Notes under the pieces: model-generated
Database searches by the model: none
What the model saw: only the letters and a program-made list of their open reading frames with translations
Told to the model about the DNA's origin: nothing
In this document: in pieces, positions 58,845 to 64,000 of the stretch
Position numbering within the stretch: the first letter of the stretch is position 1
How the letters are laid out: every line of letters begins with the position of its first letter
Assembly: GCF_009914755.1 (NCBI RefSeq)
Contig: NC_060933.1
Length of the DNA stretch: 64,000 bases
Direction: 5' to 3' (one strand)
Source of the DNA: the human T2T-CHM13v2.0 reference genome, Homo sapiens
Position numbers and translations under genes: made by a program

Positions 58845-64000
<5,156 letters not shown>

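Overview
Primate (almost certainly human) genomic DNA, dominated by transposable elements: about 50-55 Alus, old L1M and younger L1PA/PB fragments, and many ERV LTRs. The window holds the 5' end of a KRAB zinc-finger gene on the + strand that I recognise as ZNF169 (9q22). Its CpG-island promoter and non-coding exon 1 lie at ~35.2-35.4 kb, and exon 2 (54760-54847) encodes the start peptide MSPGLLTTRKE. The promoter looks bidirectional. The 3' part of a VDAC1 processed pseudogene lies antisense in intron 2 at the window end. There are U13 snoRNA and U6 snRNA retrocopies. Nearly all ORFs in the supplied track are Alu/L1/LTR artefacts. Most notable observations: (1) five degenerate ZNF143(SBS)/ACTACA-type motifs spaced exactly 32 bp apart leading into the TSS; (2) a U6-Alu-U6 tripartite retrocopy inside one TSD, switching at the ACAGAG box; (3) two short, apparently locally templated insertions, a 61-bp collapsed LTR12 with both termini and its TSD, and a candidate L1 3' transduction. 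Repeat subfamily and gene names come from memory of consensus sequences, not from database searches.
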